NCBI GenBank assembly: GCA_965644295.1
Contig: CBFFRP010000432.1
Coordinates: 310,001-374,000, forward strand
DNA: 64,000 nucleotides
DNA from: Paraphysomonas bandaiensis
Lineage: Eukaryota; Protista; Chrysophyceae
Direction: 5' to 3'
Shown: positions 50,084-63,411 of the stretch, in pieces
How positions within the stretch are numbered: the first letter of the stretch is position 1
Layout of the letters: each line of letters opens with the position of its first letter
The notes under the pieces: generated by a model
The model's database searches: none
What the model was told of the DNA's origin: nothing
What the model saw: the letters and a program-made list of their open reading frames with translations, nothing else
Made by a program: the position numbers and the translations under genes

Positions 50084-51268
50084 ATGTTTCGAGTGTCATG
50101 TTTCTTAGTGGCATTTATATTGCATATCAGTAATATTGAGTCCTATCCAGGCCACACTGATAACATTGAAATCGATTTCGGAGCCGCACAAGGACTCAAC
50201 AGCTCCACCCACATATCTCAGGATGCATTACAAAGGATTATTAGCGGTGCTGAGAATGGAAATAAAGGTACATACCACTCAAAACAATAAACAATTGCTT
50301 CTCGTTGTGGCCTTTACTGCTGATGTTTTCATAGATTTAATCATTGGCATTTTTGTTCAGATAATCTGTACTTTTTGGGCCTATTGAAATTATATGGAAA
50401 TACAATTTCAAAAGATGTTAAAGGTGCTGCGGATAAGTTTCAAAAGGCAGCTCTTTTGGGTCATGCGGATGCTCAAACTGCGTTGGGTACAATGAAGCTG
50501 AAGGGTATAGGTAATATATACTTTCGGACTGTATTGTGTATTGCTGCCCGTAGTTGAATCATTAATAACATGTTTATTGCTTTTCTGTAGGCGTAAAACA
50601 GGACTACGTTGGTGCCTTGTCTTTATTTCGAAAGGCGGCCGAACAGAGTAATGCGAATGGCCAGTGGCTTCTTGGAAGGTTTTTCGTCATAATGTTAAAA
50701 GAGTTATGCTTTTATGCCGTTCCTTTTTAGGATGTTAATGGAAGGAAAGGGAGTACCAGTGCCTAATCACGTGGAAGCTTTCGTTTATGTTAGTAGGGCG
50801 GCCGCTAACCACGTCCCACAGGCTGAGCACCTTTTAGGGGTGATGTACGAATATGGACTTGGCGCCAAACAAGACTTTGAGAAGGCTGCTGAGTATTATC
50901 GCCGAGCTGCTGAGCAGAGATATATAGAGAGCATGTATCATCTTGCCCTGATGTATATATTTGGTCGAGGGGTCGATATGAATTATCCGAGAGCCTTGAC
51001 ACTACTTGAAACTGGTGCTGTAGCTGATCACGCACCGTCCTGCTACTATATGGGAATAATGAAAACCTATGGATATGGAACAATTATAGATTATTTTGAG
51101 GCAGCACACTGGTTTGAGAAGGCCGCAGCACTTGATGACGATCGGGTTTCCCAAGAAGCAGCCGAAATTGCCGAAGAAATAAACTCACTTCTACAAGAGG
51201 CTGATGATTATAACAATAAAGTCATAGATGAATTCCGGATGAAGGAAGAAAGGTCAATGGGCTTGTAG
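50084..51268 (+). CDS. Secreted Sel1-repeat protein, multi-exon
   Basis: Signal-like MFRVSCFLVAFILHISNIES and repeated A..LG.MY..G.G...D...A..Y..AA motifs. Confidence 0.85.
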
Positions 51269-51801
51269 AAGCAGAAGTTGCGACCCGACAATAGTTAGTA
51301 GTGGAGGATATTTTGACTATATTTCTTTCTTCTGGAAGACGTGATATTATGGGACTCGTAAAAATTGATGCTGGATAGTGACGTAGCAGTGGATGTATTA
51401 TATACTGTTTTAGAAGTGGAATTTGAGCGTAAATAAGGCGTTTGTGTTGATGTATTGGATATTATTCGATTGTGAAGTATACGCTTCTGAATATATGTCG
51501 ACGTCACTTCGTACAGCCGTCTGCCAAATTATGTAATAGCACACTTATATTAGCTCGAAGCGGCACAGAATAATAATCCGAGCTAGATTCGAAGCCACAA
51601 TAATTTATGTATCGATATCGTTTTCATTGTCTTCATAAAATATTCCAGCAGTCACACTATATTACCCGTGCAAAGTAAGAAGATATAATGTAATTTTATC
51701 CTTGTCGTAAAAATAGATGTAATGGTGCATAATTATATTTACATTTACTCATTTTGAACATCCAAATATATATCAATATTTGTAAATATCGCCAAAACAT
51801 T

Positions 51802-53804
51802 CTACAAGCTTCCAGATATATCAGGCCCAATAGATATCCTACAATCTGTCAGCTTGTCGCCCGCCGACCATGACACCTCGACTCTGACACCGCCAAGTCT
51901 ATAGAGCACGTAAAAATAAAATCGACTAGGGAAATACGTCATCATGACTTACGCCATTGAAACACCATACGATCCTATGAACTGTATGCTCTCAGTGTTC
52001 TTCACGTCCCATCCAGACTGACTGATGGCGCAGCCATCAACGAAAACTCCGGGAAGTACCAGCTGATAAGGCCATTTCACATACATGTCACCCTGTCCAA
52101 TGACAGTGAAAAATACGATAGGCGTACAACCGTAGTCTTACCTTCACTGAGGCAATAGCCGGAACCAGCCCATTCACAGTGCTGTTTGCTAGCATTCTGA
52201 TGATATGTCGATCTCGTAGTGCAACGTAGTGATGACTAGGCACACAACCATCCCCCCATGCACTTCATATATTAGAGTTGTTAAAGCCAGAAGGATAAGA
52301 TTAAACATGCATGCCATTTACCCGTGAGCATCTGCACGCACCGAGCCGGCTAGATAAACCCTATCTTCTGCCAACTCTTCCCCACTCCAGCCACTCAAAG
52401 CAAAAAGTGGGGTGCGTAGTGCCACATCTACAGTATGGAATATTCCATCCTCACTGTTGCCTGTACATAACAAAGGTATCAGTCAGTGTTTAGAGAGACT
52501 GCGGACACACACATTTATATAAACTTAATGAGAACAAATATGCAGATACTACACTTAACGGGCTCTCACCTGTATCGCAAGTGATCGATCCATATGCAAC
52601 CTACTCATATAAATATTGATCTAGGATATAACCACATACAGTGCACAAAGCACCTTGGATGTAAGAAGTAGTCGCGATACTAATCCTTTCATATCGGCTG
52701 CAAGATCGAGTTTCGGTGAAGGAACTACTGGGGCGGAACTTCCTTGAATCCAATTACTATTCAGAGCACGGCGAAAAGAAACAAGCACCGGAGACGCGGA
52801 TGATGGCATGACAGAAGATACGTAAGGTTCTACACTCATACGTACCCCATGCGACGTGCCCTGGTATAACCTGTGATGAAAACGTAAGTGGAGATAGAAT
52901 AGATTTAATTCTACACCCACAAACGTATCAGTGCAAATTACCTAGTGGACCGCATCCACAGACGATGTCTAAAAGATGTCTCAAACGGATGATTACGCAT
53001 CTGTCGTGATCTGCACCCATCAGCTGCTTCTTCCGCAGACAAGCCCACGGATAAGAATCCCGTCTTCCCTATTTCTCGTCCTCTCCACTCACATTCAACA
53101 AGGGGCATGAGGCCAGAAAGAAACGTACTATTTCCTTGATTATGATTGATTGGGCTTTTTATCATACCAATACGCCAATTGAGACCCTCACCGAGACCTC
53201 TAAAGTTAATATCCCGCACACGAACCTGAATGATATATCAAAATGACATAAACTAATTAAAGATACTTACTCCACCAGTTACAGTAGTACCGCTTGATGA
53301 AGGGCTAATCATAATATCAGGCATCACTTGCACGCTTTGCAGCTCGTCTACGTCGATATCCACGCCAGGCCCAGCGGGTGAAAACCACGACCTCCTATTC
53401 ATTGTCACGTTTGCAAACAAACCACTATCAGTCAAAGATTCCAGTTTTTTCTTTCCCTGAATGAGATCCCTGCATATTAGTTTAGCGTATATCTGTATAG
53501 TAATATCGTGTCGCACTTAGAGGGGTCATCACCAAAGAGCTCACGGAACAATGCGATATTAGTGCGAGGACTTTTCCTGGACACACATAAACGTCACTCA
53601 GCAGTGTGTCAGGGTTTAATGTGACCTCTTCATGAGCCGTGATGCAAAGTACCCTTTGCTATTATACGGTCTAATGTTTATTCGACATAACTCGCTTTGA
53701 GTGTTGGATAAACGGCTTATAAATTGTGTATAAGATGAAAAATATCGACGAGCGTTAACTATACTATAAAACATAAACAACAACAGGAATTTCATTATAA
53801 TCAT
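51802..53804 (-). CDS. Divergent Omp85/BamA-family-like protein with signal peptide, multi-exon
   Basis: Signal MIIMKFLLLFMFYSIVNA; POTRA-like LESLTDSGLFANV; VRDINFRGLGEGL at the barrel start; C-terminal beta-strand-like GVFVD...GSYGVS..LGGVRVEVSW. Confidence 0.5.
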
Positions 53805-54201
53805 ATCTATATAAGAGAATATTCCTCTCCGAGCACTGATATCTACTTGTTTGGTATCAATGTGGTGCTCGGATGGTAGTATTGCATCAACTATTTGGAT
53901 TCTTTAAACTATTGACTCCATAAGCTGCTGCTGCACATCTAGTGTATATATAGTGCTAGAAACCCCCACTTTTATATAGCTTGTCAATTCATAGACCATA
54001 AAAACTGCACTTTGGTGGTAAAAAATACTCTGATTTTTCAATATTGTGGATCATAATGTACAGTACATACTGCTGTAGATGTCTATGGAGTATATGGGCT
54101 GCTGTGTACAATGATGAGATGCATGAGGTCTAGAGGTGTGTGTTAACACAGGCATATATTCATACTCAGCAACCATAAATATAGAGGTGTATTGTATTCA
54201 T

Positions 54202-54669
54202 ATAGGAAGCTAAGCTATTTCTATTAGGGATTATTAAATTACTATAGTGACTCAAAAAGAAATGGATGAAATACAAGAGCTATTCGGTCGAACAGTTCGA
54301 GTCAAGGTGGTGGACGGCAGAGTAATCGATGGAGATTTACAGGTTATATCTTTATATTTTATATTGAAAGAAGTGTTCTGAATATTATTTTGTTCAGGCT
54401 ATTGATAAAGATATGACAATAGGTAACTGATTTCATCTTTCACAGAGTTGTCCGTTAATTCATATATTTGCTGCGTATTGATACCACAGTGGTAGATTCT
54501 GCGAAAGAATATCACGGAATAAGTGATGGTTAGATATACTCTTTTAAAGTGTTTTCATAATTTAGTTTTATGGGCAGTTAACTTCGTGGAATCATCGGGT
54601 TTGGTACGACATATTGGGATGGCTATTATTCCAGGACGCACTGTAGAATCAATCTATTTAAAAAAGTGA
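54202..54669 (+). CDS. Sm-like (LSm) protein, probably NAA38/LSMD1-like, 4 exons
   Basis: Spliced MDEIQELFGRTVRVKVVDGRVIDGDLQAIDKDMTIVVDSAKEY...RHIGMAIIPGRTVESI. Confidence 0.75.
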
Positions 54670-55143
54670 AATGTTGATGATGATGTGTAATTCTATTTAT
54701 TATATAATAAGAAATGCAGTAAATGTTGGTGATTGGAAGTCGTAACTAGTTGGCCGGTTAGTTTTTCACATTCAAACAAACATGCACTATATATCTCTAC
54801 ACTGTAGAGAATGGAGAAAGAAAGTATCCAATGTTTTGTTGAGAGATACTTATACTTATAAAGATATCAGTATCAAAATTAATGCAAAAGGAGATTGATC
54901 ATGAGTGACATCGTAGCATTATAGTTATTATAGCGTATCGTACGCATATATTTAAAGGTGATGACTACGAAAAAGCACAAAGACGAAAGAATTCTGTCCT
55001 GATTTAATGATGACAACTAAATATTCCGTCCATACATCATACATATATATTGACCGTTGTGCCACATATGTTTGGTCGCTATCACAGATGCCATTTCGCA
55101 TTAATTACAAACAGTGCAAAAACAGTTCAACAAAAAACTTCAT

Positions 55144-56719
55144 TTAACTACGCCCGAATACTGCCTTCACCTATAAATGAATCAATTAATTGATAATAGT
55201 AATAACCTATAACCAACGTAGTACCTGTGCGGATACTTCTTCCGGTGTGGCGGACACAAAGTCTGGGGGGAAAATCTGGGATGCGTCTGCAGCCAGTCTA
55301 CTAAGATTGTTGAGCTCCCGTTTAGTTGCAAACCTCTCCTTCCGAAAAATAGCCGCTATTTCTCTGCCCCGCTCCTCTACCTAAGTTTAATTTACATTTT
55401 ACGTGTCTAATCAACAGCTATATAATCCAGTGTTACCTCTGCGGGAACTTGTTCAGGGTACATTTGCTGCATGACGGTGACTAGGTTTCGCACAGCGGAC
55501 TGCGATCGTTAACAAGTCGATTACATCTCCAAGTTATCACAGTATGAATTAAAATAATCACCTCTCGCTTATTTGTTAGTTCTTCTTGCAGATTGACAAT
55601 ATTGTTCCATATGACCTCACCGTTGGCATCATCCGCACTGGGAGGAAACACCTATATTATAGTTTAGCGGCAGCAAAATATGAATAATTCTTCTGACCTG
55701 TGTGGCGTATTTAACCAAAAATTGCATGTCCTCTAGCGTTGCAACATGCTTAAAAATCGAATGAATTACTGATTCAACTGTGGATCGTTCAATTCGATCA
55801 AAATATATATTTCTCAACTGGCAAAGAAAAACTATCAAATACGTAAAAAAACTCAAAAGTACGTACTTTAATCTCCACTTCAGCAGCCATACGGTCTCTC
55901 ATTGTATTGTCTCGCATTGTTAAGAATTTCTGCTTGCATTTGCGTATAGTCTGCCCCTCGCTATAAGAAGTGTAATAATTGCACAACTAAAAAAACTCAC
56001 ATTATCATCGATCGCGGCAAGAGTTTCTGGAAGAAGTTTATCTGCCCGCCTACTAAAGAGCTTAAATTCTTCAAGCTTTGTAAATTCTTTATTCAAGAGC
56101 TTCAGTCAAAATTACAATTAATACCTTAGTATAGAGAATAAGTGCATATTACCTCCACCATGCCTTCCACAATCGACAGTGACTGCGGGTTATCAGACTC
56201 CTTAACATACAATTCTCCCATCAGTTTTTCAACTGTAGCAGCCTTAATACACTTCCTTTCGTATATTTCATTGAAAATTTTCTTCAGTGTTGCAAGACCT
56301 GTACTGCCAGTTGTTTTAATATCATACTGAGCAAGTACATGTTCTGCAAATGGAGTGCTACTAAAGTCCAACTCGTACAATCTCTTCAAATTGCACACTT
56401 CGGCGGGTAATTCTACCAGATTAGTATACTTCAAATCTATTATTTCAAGTTTGGTACATAATTCAATCTCAAGTGGAAGTGTGGTGAGAGGATTAGCTTG
56501 AAGCCATAACTCACGGAGTTCAGAAAATTCACCAATAGACGGGGGAATTTCATGAATATTATTGCAACTCAAATCCAGCACCCGTAAGCATTGTAAGTCA
56601 GGACTCGATGCCAACAACTTCGGAGGAATTTGGGTCAAACGGATGTGACAAAGATGAATAGTCCCTGAATATTTACATTTCTTAATTTCATCTCTAACTT
56701 TCTTACTAATATCTGTCAT
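55144..56719 (-). CDS. Leucine-rich repeat protein, multi-exon
   Basis: LRVLDLSCNNIHEIP, LRELWLQANPLTTLP and LEIIDLKYTNLVELP, followed by helical C-terminal exons. Stop at 55144-55146. Confidence 0.8.
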
Positions 56720-57535
56720 TTAAACTGCTATCTCGTAAATCCTCTCAACGAAACTACTTCGTCAACACCACCTTTGCTCGTTGAAATCTTATGATATATT
56801 TATACAATTACCAGTAATGATATAGCTGATATTAACTCAGTGGACCGTCAATACTGTGCTTTTCAATTAACAGGCAGGTACATATAAATGCACTCTGTGT
56901 ACAGTAAAGCCCGTACACAAGCAGCCAAACCTGAAACGTTTAATCCTACAATAACGGTAGTACGAATCAAATATTTTTCCAATGATATTATTGGTTATTA
57001 TCTCCCCGTATATCCTATAGAACCGGATTTCTAACCGTATACGGATATCTCTAATCCGTCTCGAATGATCAGGGAACAGGGTACAACCTTTTATAGCCAA
57101 TCATTTTTATATGATTTGTTAATCTGACAAAATTTACTTCGAACGTACTTAACTTGCAGCAAGATTTTTTTCCACCATAATTTCATACGAAATATACGTA
57201 CATCTGAACCACATCACACTGCATACCCTCCCATTGATCTCGTCTAGTTCAAGCACGCTCCTGGGTACTCCATATACATGTACCAGTCATGCTATACCAT
57301 CACAACTCCTCCATTATTCATATGGTTCATGATACTTACATGACATACACACAAGATAATCTATTACTCACTTATAATCAATGTATTCTTATGAGTCAAT
57401 CTCTCTATAAATCTTATAGTATCATTCAATAGTATTCATTCCTTTATAGTCTTGTAGTAACGAGAGAATTACTTCATATCACATTTTAATAAGATACCTT
57501 TACTACATATCGAGCTAGAGATAAGATAGCATATC

Positions 57536-59624
57536 ATGACTACCGTTGAGTGCCAGACTGGTGTTTATGGTTTGTCAGACTATAGTCTATTGTATATACC
57601 TTTGACCGATTCTCAGATTGTGACTACAATGGGGCGGATGATTACAACGGCTGTGCTTCTTATAACATGAAGTACATCGACATGGAAGGAAATGTATGGA
57701 TAGTTATTCTAGGAGCCGCTGGTACGATACTAGTATGTTTTACTATTGATAACTTAAGGGGTGCGAACAGCAATGTGTGCAATGGCTTTTGGAGTCGGCG
57801 CCAATGATGCGGTATAATATAGTGGTTATATTTCTATGTGATAAGTATCTTTTATTCAGGCCAATGCTTGGGGAACAAGCGTCGGTTCTGGAGCTATATC
57901 TCTCCGTCACGCTTTGATTGTGGCTGGCATATTTGAAGTTCTTGGTGCTGTGACACTAGGTAATGTATTGTAGACTATGATCTTTTTTAAGATTACAATG
58001 CTACAGGATATGGTGTGTCTGCAAAACTCCAGCAAAGTGTATCTGACGTATCAGACGAGAACTGTTGGGCTTGTGGGTATTGTAATTCTGAAATAAGTGT
58101 ATTTCAGTTTGGAATGTTCGCATCTTTGATATCGACAGGATCGTTTCTACTGCTGGCTACTGCCACTCGTATTCCTGTATCAACCACTCACGCCGTCGTT
58201 GGTGCCATTGTTGGTATGACTATCTCTGCTACAGGGGGAAGTTGCGTGGACTGGGGTTTTAGCGGTGTGGGAGGCATTGTTGCTTCTTGGGTAATTTCAC
58301 CCATATTAGCTGGTGTCATTGCTATAGCGCTCTTCATTATGTGTGATTTGCTAGTGTTTAGTTCTGATCAGCCCACCACGCGGATTATATCTGCTCTTCC
58401 ATTTATTTTTTCGCTAGTCTGTCTTGTCATGGCCTACGTTATTTTGATCAAGAGCCAAGTAACCAAGGTTAGTACTTTGTAAGCCCCTCGTTTGGCGTAA
58501 CACTACCGCAGAATCTTCCAGTAGAATACCTTGTCACTATACCTTTTATAGCAATGGTGCTGGTATATGGTGTTGCCTATTATTTGGTGGTTCCAAGTGT
58601 AGCTTCCACAATGCCGTCCAAGGAAAATAGGGAGGATACTGAGGTTTGTGTTTGGCAACTACGATTGTAGCATATTTATTTCGCTTTAAGGAGGAACTGT
58701 CGAACACAAAAGTATCAGTAGCTGCCGACGTAGAAATGACGGAAGTTGAAACAGAGAATGTGTCAAACACTACTAATAACTGCGGCGACGATGTGTCAGT
58801 ACAAACTGACACCCATGGCGTCGAAGGCCAATATATGTGGGATAGAGCCGATGCGATGCATTGTTTTCGGTACCTACTTCTCTTCAATGCAGCATTGTTG
58901 AGTTATGCTCACGGTATAGACCGCAGTCTTTTAAGAAAGTTGATGATGATAATTTCATGAATGCAGGTGCCAATGATACTGCTAATAGCACAGCACCATT
59001 CAGGTAAGGGTTGAGTTTGCATACTTTAGGATTCATGTCATTTTGGTGTTAATAGTGCACTATACTCTGTGTATCGAAAAGGACTGGACAGCTGCGACGC
59101 CATTGGTACACAGGAGGTATGAAGTACATGTCATTGTTTGGAGTAATAATATTGCTTAGGTATGGGTCCTATTTCTCGCTGCTGCATTCGTTGCAATAGG
59201 AGTGTACAGCTTTGGAGAGAATGTAATACGTACTGTTGGTCAGGACCTCGCACATGTCGACTTTGCTAAGTATGTCACATTGATTTTTGCGAGGTGTCGC
59301 AGTTAATTGTATATAATTATACCCAGGGGATTCTGCATACAGTTTGCCACATGCATTACTGTATTGATAGCATCTGTGGCTGGTTTTCCCGTGTCATCAA
59401 CGCATTGTCAGGTACTAGATAACGGAGTGTTATCTATTAACTATACTTAAAGCTTCATCATATACCAGGTTGGTGCTGTAATTTTCCTGGGTATATGGTC
59501 AACCGGGCGGAACAGTGTGTCTTGGAATATGGTGTCACAGATACTTGGGGCGTGGGTTGTAACGGTACCGGTGGCCGGAATACTGTCAGCTGCACTCTTA
59601 GAAATGTTTAAACTAGGGCTGTGA
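57536..59624 (+). CDS. PHO4/PiT (SLC20) phosphate transporter, multi-exon
   Basis: Both signature repeats are present: FGVGANDAANAWGTSVGSG...IPVSTTHAVVG and HGANDTANS...GFPVSSTHCQVG. An in-frame upstream exon starts at 57536. Confidence 0.9.
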
Positions 59625-60278
59625 CATGAAACTGTGTATTGTACTAAGATTTGACCACTACACTGTTTCTATTTTGTCATAGTGTCAACTAAAGTCTGTA
59701 ATATTCAGTCAAATTGATCAATGTGTGGCAAGTATTGTTTTCGATATACTCACTACGCATACAAATTTGTCTTTACGATGGTTACCTCTAACTTGTCCTC
59801 AAAGGGAATTAAACCAGTTTTTGAGAATAGAATAGAACAGTACTTATGAAAAAAGTCATCGCCATACATCTTGTGTATCACTTCGCCATATCACCATATC
59901 ATAATCATGAACAAGTATTATTGATAGAAAATGACATAACTGAACAAGGCTTTCACTCTATGCTGAGATTATAAATTATAAACATATATTTAAATAATTA
60001 TGATCAACATTACTTGTCATTCACAATCAATCGCAAAATTCATGTTGTATGTTGTCTAAGCTCTTAGATATATCACGATTTTATACGGATTATACGGTCA
60101 TTATATTTAAGTTTCACTGCACGATTGCTATCATAACAGTAGTTCTCATAATTCAGTTGACCACTTCTGTATTCTTCAATTAACAGTCATAATTCAAATA
60201 CGTGTGACCTACATCGTTTAATTGCTCTCAAACAGCAAAACTCAACAAATGTTATATTAGGATCATTACATGATTACA

Positions 60279-60543
60279 TGTTACAATCCTACTCATTATC
60301 ACCGCACAAAGCATATCGCGATCCGACATCACTTTATTCGAGATCACATTTTACCAAAACCTAATATCTGTCGATCACAAATCAACTACGTCAATGTTAG
60401 CAGATCTTTTCACGAAACCATTAGGAAATTTAATATTCTTTAAATTGCGTACAACATTGATGGGGGGAGCTCAGATCGACATCCTTCCAGCAACAATAGA
60501 GTCACCCAAATCAAGCCACAAACGACCAAGGCGGCGAGCTTGA
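60279..60543 (+). mobile_element. Ty1/copia RNase H C-terminal relic
   Basis: NPTHYHRTKHIAIRHHFIRD, then a frameshift, then MLADLFTKPL, the hallmark end of copia pol. Confidence 0.85.
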
Positions 60544-61516
60544 GATGTACTGAGTTTTTTACTATTTTCTTGCCCTCTATACATAATGCCGGTCCAAGGG
60601 GATGGTCTCACAATACAGCATCTCTGCAGTTCGCTCGTTAACTAGTGGCAGTTACTCTGGTTTTAAGCTCAGTATTAATATATATATGCTCTCTATAATC
60701 TACAGTTTACTATTATTTCTTTGAGAGGGAGTATTAGGCTTCATCTTAAAATATAAGCTAGTGTATGTGAAATATAATGTTAACAGAAATACATCATGAC
60801 CTGAATTAATGGAAGTATCTGTTGAAAATACTTGATGGTCATCGTAATGATCGCCATTGTCAGTTATATTTGTAATTATGCTATTGCACGTGATAGCTAT
60901 GTTCTGCATTCTGCATTATTATTCGTTTCCTTACATTACTGTGTTCATCACTTTACATTCTAGTAATCACAACACTCTTCTTTCTTCTTATTAATATTAC
61001 TAAGCTTAAATCTGCATTTATTACTGGAATTCTTAGTATACTGTATATTATACACAATCTCGGCGATTATAAGAGCAATGCATCACTAATACTGTCCTCT
61101 ATATATAATATATTGTGTGTTACATGGCAAACAGTAAAGATACAAAATGAAGTCAAATTCTTCATCGCCTTACCCCCAATTACTACATCTGAACACACAA
61201 GTATCAAGTAAGGTGCTAGACACTAGTGAGTGACTTCGAATTCCATCAAACTTATCGTAATAAAACACAATAGAGATTCATATAGTTACCCAGGCTACAA
61301 CTGATACAGAAATTATGTTTTATTACAGACGCCAGTGCAAAACACATCTTATAAACCACCAACATTTTGGGAACGCATACATGTTAGCAACGACTTCTCC
61401 GAGGAAAGCAACAAACAATCCATTTGCTATCCAAGAATATAATATTTCGTATCTTAATAACCTTACTCCCAATTTCTACATCGGGTTGTACAAACATCTC
61501 AAAGCTGCCAAGTTAA

Positions 61517-62824
61517 TCACATGAAATAAGGTACTAGTGAGCGTCGTTGTACTTCAACGGAATTATCTGGATCAGGAACCTCGCTGAACAATCTAAAATC
61601 ACGCTCCAGTTGTTCATTAAAGCTCAGTATGGACGCAACATTCCCACAACGGTAACAATAATTCGGAGCTGACCATACAGTCACAAGATTCTGATCGGGG
61701 AAATGATATTTATAGCCTTCCATGACCAGTTGATGTGCTCGACATATAAGCTCAATACCATTGATATGACAAAACTGTGAACACAATGGATTAGATTAAT
61801 AATACTATAGTAATACACGATGATACCTCTGTAGTAACTTTTGATCCAAAAAGGTAACCCGCTCCGCGTGGGGAAACTGCCCAACCTGTATACAGTATTA
61901 ACCACTACCGAACAAGGGATACATACTTCAAAATAACTACCTGTGATATCTTCGGGGTCAGACCACATGAGATCACAGTACGGTCCTTGATGAGGAATTT
62001 CCTGTACTCTTTCAAGAACCTGAATTTGGTCTAATGAACTAAGAGCGGGAGATAGACCCCCGTGAACACAAAACACTTTCCCATCAATAACCTGTAATAT
62101 AACATCAACATAGTTGTCGGTAATATACAATAAAACATAGTTGTCAAACCAAATCAGTTAATTTCCAACTTACAGCTGCTAGGTTAAGGTAGTCAAATAC
62201 TTCCACACAATACTTCCAAGGGTTAGCATTTCCGTATTTACGTAAGCATTCTTCATAAAAACCATACACTTGTGTAATCTGTCTGGATTCATGGTTTCCT
62301 CGAAGTAATGTTATACTCGCGGGATATCTATTTGTACAAGTCAATTGCCATACTACCAACACAACAATATATACTAACCTGGCTTTAAGACACAATAACA
62401 ACTGGAATGTTTCAACACTATTATGCCCACGATCAACAAAATCACCCTACCATACACTAAAATTAGATTCGATGCATCTTACACTCGATATAAATATCTC
62501 ACCATAAAGATATAATTCGTATCAGGGACTTCGCCGCCCGTTTTCAATAGCTCCAATAAGTCATAGAACTGACCGTGAATATCGCCACACACCTGCGCAT
62601 AGCTGTCAACACAGTCACTATAGTGCCCTCATAATACCGTAACAGGCGAAGACACTGGCTGTACATTCGCCTCCTCCATTAACAACTCCTTCACCTGAAC
62701 CCACCATCAGCACACACAGAGAGCCATTCCTCTGACCGTATCTTACCATGCAGCACAGTCTCTTCAGCTCCAGCTCTGGAATACACTCTCCATTCTTCAA
62801 CTTAGCTAGCCATTTTTCAATCAT
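61517..62824 (-). CDS. PPP6C: Protein phosphatase 6 catalytic subunit (PP2A family), multi-exon
   Basis: [71 protein letters not shown]. Ends LVPYFM. Confidence 0.85.
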
Positions 62825-63045
62825 TCTGTCACACTGCGAAAGATATATAACAGAATTGCGTATATATGATATTGTCGTTAACAGACAGTGCGATAAACCC
62901 CAATCACGACAATAACAACACAGACATACAAACCACAGTGAGAGGTGGGATTATACGTACACGTATGTATGTCTGTATATAGAGATCTCACCCTACGTGG
63001 CCCCACCCGAACACAAAATACTCCACACAAAAGGCACAAATGTGG

Positions 63046-63291
63046 ACATACATACATACATACATACATACATACCTACATACATACATACATACATACA
63101 TACATACATACATACATACATACCTACATACATACATACATACATACATACATACATACATACATACATACATACATACATACATACATACATACATACA
63201 TACATACATACATACATACCTACATACATACATACATACATACATACATACATACATACATACATACATACATACATACATACATACATAC
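63046..63291. repeat. (TACA)n microsatellite with a few TACC variants
   Basis: Read directly. It fills most of the palindrome spacer. Confidence 0.97.
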
Positions 63292-63411
63292 TTCTCACTG
63301 TGGTTTGTATGTCTGTGTTGTTATTGTCGTGATTGGGGTTTATCGCACTGTCTGTTAACGACAATATCATATATACGCAATTCTGTTATATATCTTTCGC
63401 AGTGTGACAGA

